This document shows positions 11,386 to 25,904 of a stretch of 64,000 nt of DNA, in pieces. Where the stretch lies: NCBI GenBank assembly GCA_951406725.2, contig OX597815.1, positions 148,738,001 to 148,802,000 on the forward strand, given 5' to 3'. The stretch comes from Octopus vulgaris. Lineage: Eukaryota. The position numbers and the translations under genes were made by a program. Every line of letters starts with the position of its first letter. The stretch's first letter is position 1. The notes under the pieces are model-generated. The model was not told the DNA's origin and did not search any database. It was given only the letters and a program-made list of their open reading frames with translations.

Positions 11386-12373
11386 TGCGTTTATATTTAT
11401 TTGTGTACGAGTTTGTGTGTTTGTTTGTGTTTGTATTTCAGTGTGTGTTTGTGTATGTGTGTGTGTTTGTGTGTATTGAGAAAAAGAACTATACATAGCT
11501 AGAATTAAAGAAACGATAAAAATGATATGCTTTATATTAGAAAGTATTATATTGATTGTAACAAAAAACATGAACTGTATTTTCTAAATGGTCTGTAACA
11601 TAAGTATACGTTACAATGTTGAACTTACATCTAACAGAAAATAAGGTTTCTATTGCTATGCTATAATATGCACCAAACCATTGATTTCTTAATATCAAAA
11701 TGTTAATGTGCATTTGAACTCTTTGTCACTGTGTCAGAACATCTCCTTTACCAATTAAAACGTCTATACATCATTCTTCTCTGTAACATTTACTATATGT
11801 GTGAACTTGATTTATAGCTGCGAAACTAACTGAACTCACTGTTGTAACATTTTCTCGTGAGATCAAGTTGTCGCATATTGTAGCAACTCTTAAAACACTG
11901 CATGTTTTGATATGATTTAGATAAACAATTGAAAATATTGATTACACTTTCCTGAAATAATAACCAGTATTGATTAATGTCAAATAGCGCAACGTCCTTA
12001 AAATACAGGATGTTGTCTATCATTTCAATCCTATGTCTGTCCTATAAGAGATTAAATAATGCTCTATAGCAAACACTATTTGCAAGTTTTCAAAATATAA
12101 TTAGAAGCATAGTATATACAGTTACTCATACGTGCTAGTAAAATTTTCTATGCAATATATGAAAAAGTTATTCAATCACTAAGCACGTCGGCAAATTAGT
12201 TTTTGAGAAATTCGCAATTCGTGTGTAAATATCATTACAAAGTAAAACTAGAAATTACTTGCCAGTTTGTTTTCATCTTGAATTGTATTTGTAAATTTAT
12301 GTGAGTAAAATGACAAAATGTTATCAAATAAATTTTCGCTTCAATGTGCAGGTATGGCTATGCATATATTGCA

Positions 12374-12435
<62 letters not shown>

Positions 12436-12809
12436 ATACATCAGAATTTAAAAAGGAAAATGCTCACACTTTACACAGCTTTAATATAATTTTGAATATA
12501 TCTTGTACTGTGTTTGTCAACCGGTTTCGCTTTCGCTATTCATGAAATGAAAATTTATTTAAATACGTATTTTTTCTTTATAATAAAATTTTTGTTCCAT
12601 GCTGTGTGTGAAATTTAGAAGTGAAAGATTCAATAAGTAGATAAATCTAGGTGGAGGTAATCAGTTATCATTATTATTGTGGGCACGGGAGAAAACTGTC
12701 GACTTTCGAAACATGTATAAACAACTTTCATTTCTTTACATATTCTAATTCACTATTCCATAACCATAACTGTACACATTTCTCTCCATTAATCTAGTTT
12801 TCGAATTTT

Positions 12810-13717
<908 letters not shown>

Positions 13718-14475
13718 GCATATTTGTATGTGTATGCGCGCATGTTTCAGTATGTGCGTTTCTGTGTGTATGTATCAATATAATATTCGCTAAATAAATG
13801 ACAGACTGTACAAAAACATTGTCATAAAAATGTGCATATTTGTAGAAAGGAAATGATACTGCTTATATGTGCAATAATGAATGCATTATAATGAAACATT
13901 AAATTTACAGAAAATGTAATTGTCTTCTTCAAAATACTATTTTGCTTATATAAATATTTTACTTCTTTTACATGAAGAATCTATGCCTTTATCATATGAG
14001 TATTGAATGTATATCTGTGATTGTCTGATGCAAATTTATATTTCTCTTGGTTACAATAATGGGTTTCTTAGTATCACTGTGTGCTAGTGTTGGTGTTGTT
14101 ACTAAATTTTCTGATAACAAATGCACTTAGACACATGAATTACTTTATCGTTACTATGTAATGAATATACATTAAAGACAACTAGTTTGTAATCTGCATT
14201 ATATATCACGACAAATATCCGGTGAGATATTCAAACAAGCGTCAAAATACTGCATGCGGAGAATTTTGATATACGATTAATAGATGTAAATTTTTACATT
14301 GCATTTATTATCTATATTCTAACATCCTACGTGTAACACAGTACTATACAATTGATATTAAATATCTAGATATATTTACATACACAAACATACTCAGAAA
14401 TATGTGTGAGCGCATGTGTGTATACAGGAAGTGTGAGGTAAAAAGAGGGTCGATTCTATGTATAACTTGCGAAAA

Positions 14476-14709
14476 TATATATTTCTTTACTACCCACAAG
14501 AGGCTAAACATAGAGGGGACAAACAAGGACATACAAAGGGATTAAGTCAATTACATCTACCCCAGTGCGAAACTGGTACTTTATTTATCGAACCTGAAAG
14601 GATGGAAGGCAAAGTAGACCTCTGCGGAATTTGGACTCAGAACATAACTACAGTCGAAATACCGCTAAGCATTTCGCCCGGCGCTCTATGTCTGCCAACT
14701 CGCCGCCTT
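14476..14709 (-). mobile_element. SINE family A with 13-bp target site duplication
   Basis: Reverse complement of the 8604 copy; TAACTTGCGAAAA at 14463-14475 and 14710-14722. Confidence 0.88.
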
Positions 14710-16297
14710 TAACTTGCGAAAAATCGATTTAACAAGTGTATTTTTTCGAAATTTAATTCCAAATGACAAGCTCATTCATTTTGAATAATTCTTTGTTCTT
14801 TAAGGCTAGAAGAATTTAAGGCTGAGACATTCATGAAACAGCTAGCCCTCGTAAATAAAGAATGTCAGTGCATTTAAAGAATAGTGCCCGTTCGACAGGA
14901 TTCACTTAAATATATATTGATATAATGAACGTATGAGGAGACATGCCATATCTAACATATTTACCCGACATAGCCGTTGTGTTCAGGACCCATATATAAG
15001 AATAAGATTCATACATTTCTATGTCTGCGTATTTTAAACAATAAAATACAACAAAACTTAGCGCAATTCGGTTTCTTAATTTACTTGTGAAAAGTGATAT
15101 GACAGTTAGCTCAAATGCGATTCAAACATTTGAAATATATTATTACAAAATAGACTTTAATAAGATTGCAGCACCAGACGTTTTTGCAAACATTTGTATT
15201 ATGTTGCATTAATAACATTCTTTAAAATAAAATAATAATGTTTGCTAAATACATGATTAATTTTAATAAAAATTTATTTAATAAAGCCATATTATGGATC
15301 ATATTTCAACAATATTAAATTAAGTACTTCATGTGAGTTGAAAATATATTCAAATTTACATATATGCAGATAATCTTCCATTTAAATCCTGAGTGATATT
15401 TCGTGTATTGTAAACATACGACGTTAAACCAAGACATCGTAAATGTTTATTCTAAGTACTGGACTTGTATAAATCCTATGCATACAAACCTTTTGGCGGG
15501 TAACAGTATTTCTGTGTATAAAACTTACTTTGGTATTATTGGTATAAATGTATTCAAGTGTTGTCATTTCGTACGCGAGATATCTCTTATAGACTTAATG
15601 CTAGTTAATAGAACATTTTCACTTGTTAATTCGAGTTAGAATTTCAGTTTTATTTCGGATTATAGAAGATATAATCATGTCTAAGTTTAGAGAAATCCAT
15701 CATCGACAGATAAGAAAATGAATAATTAATGTATTAAACCTCTAGTGTATTCGTTCCTTACAACGTCTATGAAAATTATGATTTATTTCGTTCATCCATC
15801 AAATGATGTATTGTATCAGCATTCATAATAATACACACTCACAACTCCATATATTTGCTTCTACCAATACAAACTAGCTTAATCAGCTACATAGTAATTA
15901 AGAGGTTCGTTGAGAGCGGTGGCTTTCAATGAATTAATCTGATACATTAGCATTAAACCTTTTAATTTCCACATTAATGATGTCGACTCTTTTATCATCA
16001 TAGTTTTTATCACGCCAAAACTTTCTTATTCATAGAGTTGCTACTAAAGCATTAGAATCCCGTAAGATTTATTCGAATTTTACTAAAGATGATAGATTTT
16101 GTGGAATGGTTGATAAAGTGTTGTTAGTTGTTTTTAAATTTCTTATTTTATATTCATGGTTGTAAATCGAGAATTAGTGTTTCAAATCAAAGCAAGTATG
16201 AAAATCAAATATTATACTAATGCAAAAGCGTTTTGAGCTTACGTGTATTTAAATCCTTTTTATTACCACATTCATTAATGTATAAACCCAGTATTTG

Positions 16298-16369
<72 letters not shown>

Positions 16370-17665
16370 AACCTTTACCACAAATAAATTCGTGTGAAAT
16401 ATCTTTCAGTACATTTTGAATATTTGCCAATGACCGCCTTGCAATTATTATCCAGTTGACATTTTTTTCAATATTGGCGAACCGCATGCATAAAATAATT
16501 TATAAAGTATGACTCTGATTCTTAAATATGTGACATTTCTTTCTCAGCAACTAGCAATTATATATACATATATATATATATATATATTGCAATAAAGTGT
16601 TATCCATATTTATAGAGATAACAGTTATTCTGATGCTTAGGCATATTTGTGATGTGGAATTATTAGAAAAATATTTCGAGCGATATCTAATGGAAAAATT
16701 CTATGATGTAAAGATGAACTATCATATAAGCATATTGCCACCATCAGGAAACAAACATGTATTAAACGTTATGTGATTGATGATATATCCCAGAAATACA
16801 TAAATAGGCCAAGACTGCAATCGGAGGTATTTCCACTTCATGTATTTCAACTATAAGGAAATATGATTAATATTCTGCAATCAGAATTTACACCGCAGTT
16901 AAAGGAAAACTATGAGCTGGTTGTTGTTTAATCGTATAACAAGGGAGACTACTATACTATTTTAAACGGATGTAGAACGAATCTCAGATGCTATCACATC
17001 CAAAAGTATTAAGCTTCATAGGGATATTTACAATGCATCTAATGATCATATCCAACATTTATTTTGAAAATATGATCTATTAACATAACAGTAATATAAT
17101 CTGCAATTTGCTATATTAGAAATCGATGAGTGATATAAATGCGACCAACAACTGCTAAGTAAGATTATTACAATACAATGTGATAAAAACAGGATTGTTT
17201 CTTCAACGCTAAAATATAGTTAGCCTTATTCTGAAATGTTATAATGAAAGTGAGTAATGTTATATTTCTTTTAAATGAACCATGGAATCTTAAAATTTTT
17301 CTAACAAGATTTTACATTGCTGCCGAATATATAATATTCTGGCAGACATAATATTAAATAATCTATCTATCTATCCGTTTGTCAGTGTATATATGTACGT
17401 ATGTATGCATGCATCTATGTATGTTTACATGGATATGTGTGTATGCGTATGTAGTCCTGTGTATGCGTGTGTGTTAATGTGTTTGTATGTGTGGTGCGTG
17501 CGTGTGCGTTTGTGTACTTACATATGATATGAGAGTAAATCTAGCTTCGAATTTCTCTATGAGAATAAAGTAATATCAATCCAATATTTTTGATTTCCTT
17601 GACTATAATTACGTTGGACAGCAAACATTTTTGTTGTATTATTCTTAGATATTAAACGCAAACTA

Positions 17666-18219
17666 TTGGGTAGTCGGGAAAGTTCGTGCCGATTTTTAAA
17701 GAAAAAAAAAGTCAATAAATATTCGCCATTATATTTTAAATCAACCAAATATAAACCATTTTGTTGTACAACGTGTCTCTATCTATAATTTAACTTTGAA
17801 ATACCTTCTTCCCAGAATTGTGGTGGTTTCAAGGCAAAGAATTCATCAAGGTATTTTGTCGTTATCCAAGGAATTGAAATTTTTACCATTAAGACTATTC
17901 TGCAGAGACCTGAATAAGTGGAAATTCGAAGGAACAATATGTGGTGAAGGTTGGGTAACATAGTCCAGTCGAGCTGCAGCAATTTGTGTGTGGTTCTCAA
18001 AGCATCAAGTGCCGAAAATGAACTTTCTTATCTTCCATTTTAAAGGGTTACAGAATTAACACAGGTTATAGGAATATGAGCCTTCTTCCACGAAAAGATA
18101 GCTTAAAATGTTCTCTAAATGGTGCTGTAGTTAAATCCTGTTTTATGAACTCAACTATATTCTAATATAAATCAAAGGTAAGCTACTATAAATCGGCACT
18201 AACTTTCCGGACAACCCAA
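17666..18219 (-). mobile_element. Non-autonomous mariner deletion derivative
   Basis: About 30-bp TIRs TTGGGT-GTC-GGAAAGTT-GTGCCGATTT, TA flanks, transposase end remnants. Confidence 0.9.
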
Positions 18220-18628
18220 TATTATACAATATAACTACACGACCTGCCAGCTTGTTTCTCTAGAGTATTCTACACTAATGAAAACTTCCGGGCGAATTTT
18301 CACCCTTTTCATCTTTTCGCCTCCCTATTCTTTCCGTTCTTTCCTTCATAACAATCTCAAATACACGGTAAGTGGTAATGGATATTGCTCTCCTTCTTCT
18401 TTGAAACATTGAAGAAAAAAAATTACATTTAACACAACGTGCAAATAACGGGAATACAATTGTGAGCAGAACAGATGAGAACTGTTATAATATCGTACGT
18501 AGAATATCGTATAAAATGTAATCAATATACAGCTATTGAAGAATCAATCAATCAATATTTACGAAAATTCATGAAAACATGGCAATAAAACTAAAACTTT
18601 CTAGTACGGGCGTCGGGTAAGTAATCTC

Positions 18629-18968
18629 TCTAAATATAAAACTGAGAATGTGTGTCTGTCTGTGTGTTTCCCTAAAACTTGAGAACTATACAACCAATTT
18701 CATTCAAATTTTACATATGCCTTACTTAGGGTCCGGGGAGTGTCATCGTTAAAAAGAATTAAAATTTTTGCCTAGGGCAATATCATATCTTCTCCACTAA
18801 GATTCCCTAAAACTTGAGAACTACACAACCAATTTCATTCAAAATTTACACATGCCTTACTTAGAGCCCATGTAGTTTCATGGGCAAAAAAAATGTTCAA
18901 CTTCTTTCCTAGGTCGAGCACATAGCAATATCATATTTTCTCCTCTATTTCAGTATTGCGTGTTAAAA
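18629..18968 (+). mobile_element. Helitron-like 5' module with internal duplication
   Basis: TC start, ATAAAACTGAGAATGTGTGTCTGTCTG; homologous copies at 25402 and 28834; no CTAG end seen. Confidence 0.6.
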
Positions 18969-19740
18969 CTTGGAAAATAGGTGTCTCATGTACTGTCCGA
19001 AAGCAACCACAAATCCCGAGTTGACATCTGCTCTTCTCTCCCTTCTCGCAAACTCATTTCACCCTTTTTCGATAGACTTGTGACGAAAAATGGATTTTCT
19101 ATCGAAATGTTAAACGTCGTAAGCAGTGGCTTGGTAAAAGTGAAAATGCTCAACCACAACCGAGAAGGGAACTTCATGGGAAAAAGGTTCTTCTCTCTAT
19201 CTGGTGCGATTTCAACGGTGTAAATAACTTTATATTGTTACTACCTAATGCAACAATCAATGTTCATGTCTACTGTCAGCAATTAGAGCGTTTGCACCAA
19301 GCTTTGAAGGAAAAGGAGCCGCTTTAGTGAGTCGAAAACGAGTGATGTTTCATCAGGAAAATGCGCAACCCCACACTGCAAAGATCACATCACAGAAGAT
19401 CGAAGAAGTCGGTTTGGAAAAATGCCTTCATCCAACTTATTCTCTTATTCTCCCGACCTTACTCCTTCAGGATACCATTTGTTTCATAGTTTAGAGAATT
19501 ATTAGGGGGACACAACTTTCGCAAGCCAGGAGGAGGTCGAACCAGACGTTTCAGAGTTCTTCGCTTTGAAACCAAAAGAGTTTTACATTGATGGGATAAA
19601 AAGCTTTATAAATAGATGGAAGTAAGTCATAGATAATCAGGGAACGTACATTGATGAATAACTTTCAATTAAATATAACATTTGATCACTTGTATTCTTT
19701 ATCCAAAATTCGGACAGAACGTATGGGGTGACCTGAGATA
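18969..19740 (+). pseudogene. mariner transposase pseudogene (catalytic domain) with 3' TIR
   Basis: VSHVLS, DRLVT-DEKW, HGKKVLLSIWCD, FHQENAQPH, PDLTPSGYHLF motifs with frameshifts. Confidence 0.9.
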
Positions 19741-19744
19741 TATA

Positions 19745-20290
19745 CGCTGGCGAAAATATATTTAAGACCGACGATAAAAGTTCTATTTCTTACAAAATAT
19801 TTTGTTACTAACACCATACAAATCAATTTTGTCTTTTACACCGTATGCAAAATTTATTTCTCTTTCGAATGATGCAGACAACAACTATTTTTATACAACT
19901 TGAGGAATTCTAATGCTAAATATAAACGTTTCAAATTTCACGGCAAAATTAGTTTAAGACCATGTAATATGTATGCAATTTTTTTGGCCAAAATAGGTGG
20001 TCACACAACAAGCCTAAATGCACCATATAAAGTTATAATTTAATGTTATACAATTTATTAATAATGGGAAAACAACGTAGCCTTAGTCCAGTCACGAGAG
20101 GAAAATCGTATATTACAGCAACAAGTTTCCTTTTCGAACATTAACAAGCAAGTAAAGTGCATTAAACCGGCTTGCGTGCAAGCGTGGAAGTTCTACTCGG
20201 AGACTGGTCAATATAAAGATCGGCAAAGGACTAGTAACAATATTTTGTAAGAAATAGAACTTTTACCACCGGTCTTTATTTTCGGCAGTG
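19745..20290. mobile_element. Tc1/mariner-type MITE with about 65-bp TIRs
   Basis: CGCTGGCGAAAATA..AAAAGTTCTATTTCTTACAAAATATT..GTTACTA is inverted at 20232-20290. Confidence 0.75.
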
Positions 20291-20500
20291 TGCATATTAT
20301 ATATAATGTATATAATACGGGAATCTTAAGGAAGATAAACTGCAGTATATAGTACAAAAATATTGTCTCCATATATGAGCTAAGTATTAATAAAATGTGG
20401 TATAAGATAAAAATTTCGGATATTTGTCTTAAAACATTCAGACAAGAAAATTCAGATGTAGCACATGAGGTATTATTCCATACGGATATTCACATATGTA

Positions 20501-20940
20501 TACTTTGATACTTTGATTCTTTGATAGGTTTCGGCCATTATTGGCCCAGGCCATGTCTAACTTAATAGCACCACCTGGTGAACTCTTTCAAGTCAGAATT
20601 TGGGCACTATGGCCCACTCAAGAAGAGAGTTATTGTTTACAGAGACATATCCGGGTGTAGGAGGTTTATCCGGGATTTCTTGAAGGAATCTGTCCAAAGA
20701 CGTCTTGAACCCTATAGGGTCTGTTTCTGTTTTAATGTGTTTTAGTGTAATGTTAAAGAGAGCAGGGCCAATTGAGATGAAATAATTGTGCCGTATTGTT
20801 GTTATGAGATGAGAGTGCGATTTTTGTTGTGGGCGGATGGCACGGGGCCCACGCCTTGATGTACCTTAAAGGTGATGCCAACATCATTTGGGCAATGCTG
20901 ATGGAATATTTTCCACATTATGCAGATGATGTCGCGCTCA
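20501..20940 (-). mobile_element. CR1-type LINE 3' fragment
   Basis: Clear nucleotide similarity to about 35060-35480; short ATCAAAGT-type tandem tail. Confidence 0.9.
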
Positions 20941-20971
20941 TTAAGATTTTCATGATAAAAATATAGAAATA

Positions 20972-21537
20972 TTGGGTTGTCCGGAAAGGTCGTGCCGATT
21001 TATAATAGCTTAACTTTCGACTTATTTTAGAACGTGTTTGAGTCTATAAAACAGGATTTGACTACACCTCCATTTAGAGCAAAGTTTAAGCTATCTTTTC
21101 GTGGAAGAAGGTTTATGTTCCTATAACCTGTGTTAATTCTGTAACCCTTTAAATTAAAAGATGAGTAATTTCATTTTCGGCACTTGATGCTTTGGGAACC
21201 AGACAAAAATTGCTGCAGCTCGGCTGGGATATGTTACTCCCACCCTCCCTATTTCTCAGATATTGCTCCTTCGAATTTCCACTTATTCAGGTCTCTGCAG
21301 AATAGTCTTCATGGTGAATATTTCAATTCCTTAGATGACGTGAAAAGATACCATGAGGAATTCTTTGTCGTGAAACCACCCAAATTCTGGGAAGAGGGTA
21401 TTTTCAAGGCAAAGGAAAGATGGAGACGTATTGTGGAACGAAATGTTTCAGATTTGGTTCATTAAAAATGTAATGGCAAGTATTTAGTGACCTTTTACTT
21501 TCCTTTAAAATCGGAACGAACTTTCCGGACAGCTTAA
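20972..21537 (+). mobile_element. Non-autonomous mariner deletion derivative (same family as 17666)
   Basis: Same TIRs and TA flanks; HPPYFSDIAPSNFHLFRSLQN matches the mariner HPPYSPDLAPSDYHLF motif. Confidence 0.9.
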
Positions 21538-21620
21538 TATAAACATAACAATGAAATACGTATATAAACCTGAAAAATAAAAAACCTAAATTGAAAGAGG
21601 CGATTAATTTTTTTTTTCCT

Positions 21621-21688
21621 AACCTGCAGCCGTTTCAGAAAAGTGATTGTACGAAGTATTCGAAATTCAGCCCTCCTTCCTCAGGGTT
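21621..21688 (-). ncRNA. Degenerate type I hammerhead motif
   Basis: Stem I AACC/GGUU, CUGAGGA, stem II AGGAGGG/CUUUUCU, GAAAC-GGCU-GCA (U16.1 changed to C). Confidence 0.5.
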
Positions 21689-21961
21689 CCTTTCCCGAGG
21701 TAAAATCCAACAAAAGCAGTAAGGCACTACATGGTGAGTATTCAGTTGGTGAACGTTCAGTTTTTGAATATCTAAGATTTTCTGGAGTATCGAAGATTTT
21801 CTGAAGTTTTTCAAGTGGTTACCACGTTTAAATAAGAAATGAAAATCATTGAAAGGTTAACTTTAGTTAATCATGCAAATATTAGCCAATGGGAATATTC
21901 CACTTTACTGATATATACTACTATAAAAATAATAATTTAACATTACAGGTTTGTGCATAGA

Positions 21962-22430
<469 letters not shown>

Positions 22431-22569
22431 AGTGTTCATTGGATCTAATGATCTATTTGGATCGTATATTCAAAAAGCTATAAAATTTATATTCTAAAAA
22501 TTTAAATTTTAATGTTTAAGAAAATTATAAGACGCTAAATATTTATGCTTACAACATACTAAAATGTCT

Positions 22570-23971
22570 GTAATTTTATTTAAGAAGTTGAGTTATTGAA
22601 GTTGAGTTGTATTTGTGAGTAGAATTTATTGTTGATTACTGCTGTTGTTAAAACCGTTGTTAAAATCGTTTGTTATGTCGTTAATTTTTGTGTTGTTAAA
22701 CTTTCCCGTTGAAGAAAATGGAGAAGGCCCCAGAGGGCGGCCACAGCTATGCCGCCGCAACTGGAAGAGGAGCAGCGAGGGAAGCATTAGAGACCTTTGA
22801 AATAAAGGTAGAACCCAGGAAGATGACGGCTAGTGAAAAGCTGCTGAAAAAGGTAGGCGGAAAGATAAGGTTGACGCCACTAGAGGAACTAATGAACAAC
22901 GTTAGGAAGAAGACTAAGAATGAAAGTGTAGGGAAGACTGCCTGTGTGTTACGAATGTAGCGAAAAAGGACACATGAAGGCGAGATGCCCACGAAAAGAA
23001 CAGAGAGAGACTATAGAAAATGTCGAATAGGCAGTAACAGGTGAGAATAATGAGGCAACAGCGATAGAAGAATTCACACTAGCGGAAAGAAAAAGAAGGA
23101 GGAGCGGTAGAGTAGGCCCACCACCGACTAATCAGAAAAAGAAGAAAGAAGAAATGGAAAAGAAAGAGGTAATGAGAAAGAAAGATGAAAAAAGTGAGAC
23201 GGAAAAGGAAAGGGAAAAATAATTGAGATGTGGGAAAAAGTGTCAGAGTAGGAGGAAACAAATATGAAGATGATAGGTAAATTGATGGAAGACTCAGGAA
23301 TTCAACTACAAGAGTACGAAACGGAGAAACTGCTTACAGTAGAGACGGAGAAAGAGAAGGTCCTAGACTCAGAGAAGAGTATAGAGGAATCTATAATAGG
23401 AAGGGTAGTGGAGCAAGAAGAGAAAGCCGAGAGGAGGGAATTACAAATGGAATTCCAAGAACGAGGAGGTGGAGAAAAAATCTTAATGTTCAAGCACATT
23501 AAAAGGGTAAAGTTACCAAACCACGTGTACCCAGAGAGTGTGAAGGCCATTGTGGTCGATAGGGAAACATATAAGAAATTGAGAGACGGAAGTAAAATTG
23601 ACCCAGCCGGAGCACAGGTGGAGTTCAATGAGCTGCCACCAGTAATCGACCTGTTAGAACTGGAGCCTTACATGAGGCGTTAAAGTGGAATAAAAGTAAA
23701 ATTAATTGTTTTTTAAAAAAGAAAGAAGGAAAAAAGAAAGGAAAAAGTTTTGGAACAAAACGAGCATTAAGGAAAGAAACATCAATAGATAGTGAATGTG
23801 TGTACAAATGTTCAAATGGTACTGCATGAGGAGTTGAGCCCATGCAGCCATTCATCTTTCATTATTATATAATATTCACACTCATTCGTTTTGTGTTTTT
23901 GTCCCCACTGTGGTGTTGTGTCTGTCCTTGTAGTGTCCCCTCTGTGTTAGTGGCCTGAGTGCCTAATAAAG
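22570..23971 (+). mobile_element. Non-autonomous retroelement with broken ORF1/gag-like region (CCHC knuckle), L1/Tx1-like
   Basis: CYECSEKGHMKARC at 22947-22988; ORF pieces 22709-22960 and 23264-23683; AATAAAG end; flanking AAAATGTCT duplication at 22561-22569 and 23972-23980. Confidence 0.7.
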
Positions 23972-24347
23972 AAAATGTCTTTATTTCTATTATTAGCATA
24001 TAGTATGCTACTCGATTCCTTGGTGCAAAGCCTATACAATTTAGTATATGTGTTCTATGGTGTTGATTCAGTATTTATCGATCATCGTTAATTATACTCA
24101 ATGTTAGAATGTATGAGGTGGTTAATGTATGATGCAAATATCTTGGAATTTTTTATATAGGGGTGTATAAATAAATTATTGTGTCCCCTATATCTATTTT
24201 TAAAATGAGTAGTACTCCCTATATAAATTTTCCTAATTCCGGAGCGTTAAGCTAATAAACCTGTTTGCTGTTTGGACAATTGTCTTCGTCATTTGTTCGT
24301 TTCTTTCGTAAATTCCAAATGTATATGTATGTATGTATGTGTATGCA

Positions 24348-24397
<50 letters not shown>

Positions 24398-24400
<3 letters not shown>

Positions 24401-25400
24401 CCTTGTTTCAGCTCAGAGATGCGGCCATGCTCATGCACCGCCGTTTTCTGCTACACTGTTATTACGAAGAACCTCCTCTAATATGTGACACTTGGTGAAG
24501 AATGGAGTTTGATATAGCTACTCTTATTTGCACCTCTTGCCGTGAGGTAGGTTCATCTGGGACTCTCGACAGGAAGATGTCCAGCTTTGATTTAAAAACC
24601 GCTACATCTACTTTGTGCAAGTTCCTCAAACTCTTTGGGAGAATATGAAAAAGCTGTGGGCCCTCGAAACCCAGGCTGTTGCAGAATCTCGTCCTGAAGC
24701 GTGATAGCATTGCTGGGATCTGGCACTATGCAGTGTCGTCCCGTTCAAGCATTGGTGTAGCTTACAATGCCAAAATTTGGCACAATTCCTTCCAGGATCT
24801 TCCAGACATATATTACAGCATACCTCTCCCGTCTTCTCTCCAGGGAGTAGAGTTTTAGCTGTTTCAACCTTTCCCAGTAGCTGAGCTGTTGCAAAAAGAC
24901 TGTCTTCTTTTTGAATCTTCTCTGGATTGCTTCAATGTCCGCTGTTAATTTCACACTTGTTGGTGACAATAGATGTGAGTAGTAATCCAGGCGGCTGAGG
25001 ACGAATGTCCGCCAGAGGACCATCATGGTTTCCTTATCTCTGGTTCTGAATGTTCTTAGGATCCATCCAGCCAGTCGACTGCACTTTGTCGCCATCCTGG
25101 TAATGTGCACTTGGAAAGAGGCATCCTCACTCATGTCGATACCCAGGTCCCTCACAGACTTAGGCTCTGGGATTGAAATTCCCTGTGGACCGGTGTATCC
25201 TGTAAGTTTGATATACAGTTTTGGATGCTTGTAGCGCAGGACCTGGAATTTTTCAGCATTAAACTGCATATTATTTTCCTCAGCAAATCTGTGGATTGAG
25301 TCCAACTCCTGCTGCAGGTGTGTAACATCGCTGGGGTTTTGTATTTTCTGCGAGACTTTCGTATCGTCTGCATAGCTTGCCAGAGTGGCTATCTGGGCAA
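24398..25400 (-). mobile_element. CR1-type LINE (second family), 5'-truncated RT C-terminal region
   Basis: YADDTK, MQFNAEKF, RDLGI, LYSLERRRERY; 3' UTR GGCGGTGC..CATGGCC..GAAAC. Confidence 0.92.
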
Positions 25401-25401
25401 A

Positions 25402-25639
25402 TTATATACACAACTGAGAATGTGTGTCTGTCTTTCTGTCTTTGTGTTTCCCTAAAACTTGAGAACTACACAACCAATGTCATTCAAATTTTACACATGC
25501 CTTACTTAGGGTCCATGTAGTGTCATGGGACAAATATCTTCTAACTTCTTGCCTTGGGCGAGCCTACAGCAATATCATGTCTTCTCCACAATTTCAGTCT
25601 TACGTGTTAAAAGTGAAGCAAAAACATATCTCTATTGTA
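25402..25639 (+). mobile_element. Helitron-like 5' module (family of 18629)
   Basis: Nucleotide similarity to 18629-18968. Confidence 0.6.
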
Positions 25640-25647
25640 TGTATATG

Positions 25648-25779
<132 letters not shown>

Positions 25780-25904
25780 TATGTATGTATATATATAGCT
25801 GTATATGTATACATGTATATATATAGATGCATTTCTATAGATATACATGCATGTCTAGATTTATATATATATATAGAGAGATAGACATAGATGTATATGT
25901 AATA

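Noticed and set aside
11230-11571. Poly-Tyr/Ile ORFs and the many YI/CV/TH/LSIY-repeat ORFs
   Set aside because: Translations of microsatellites
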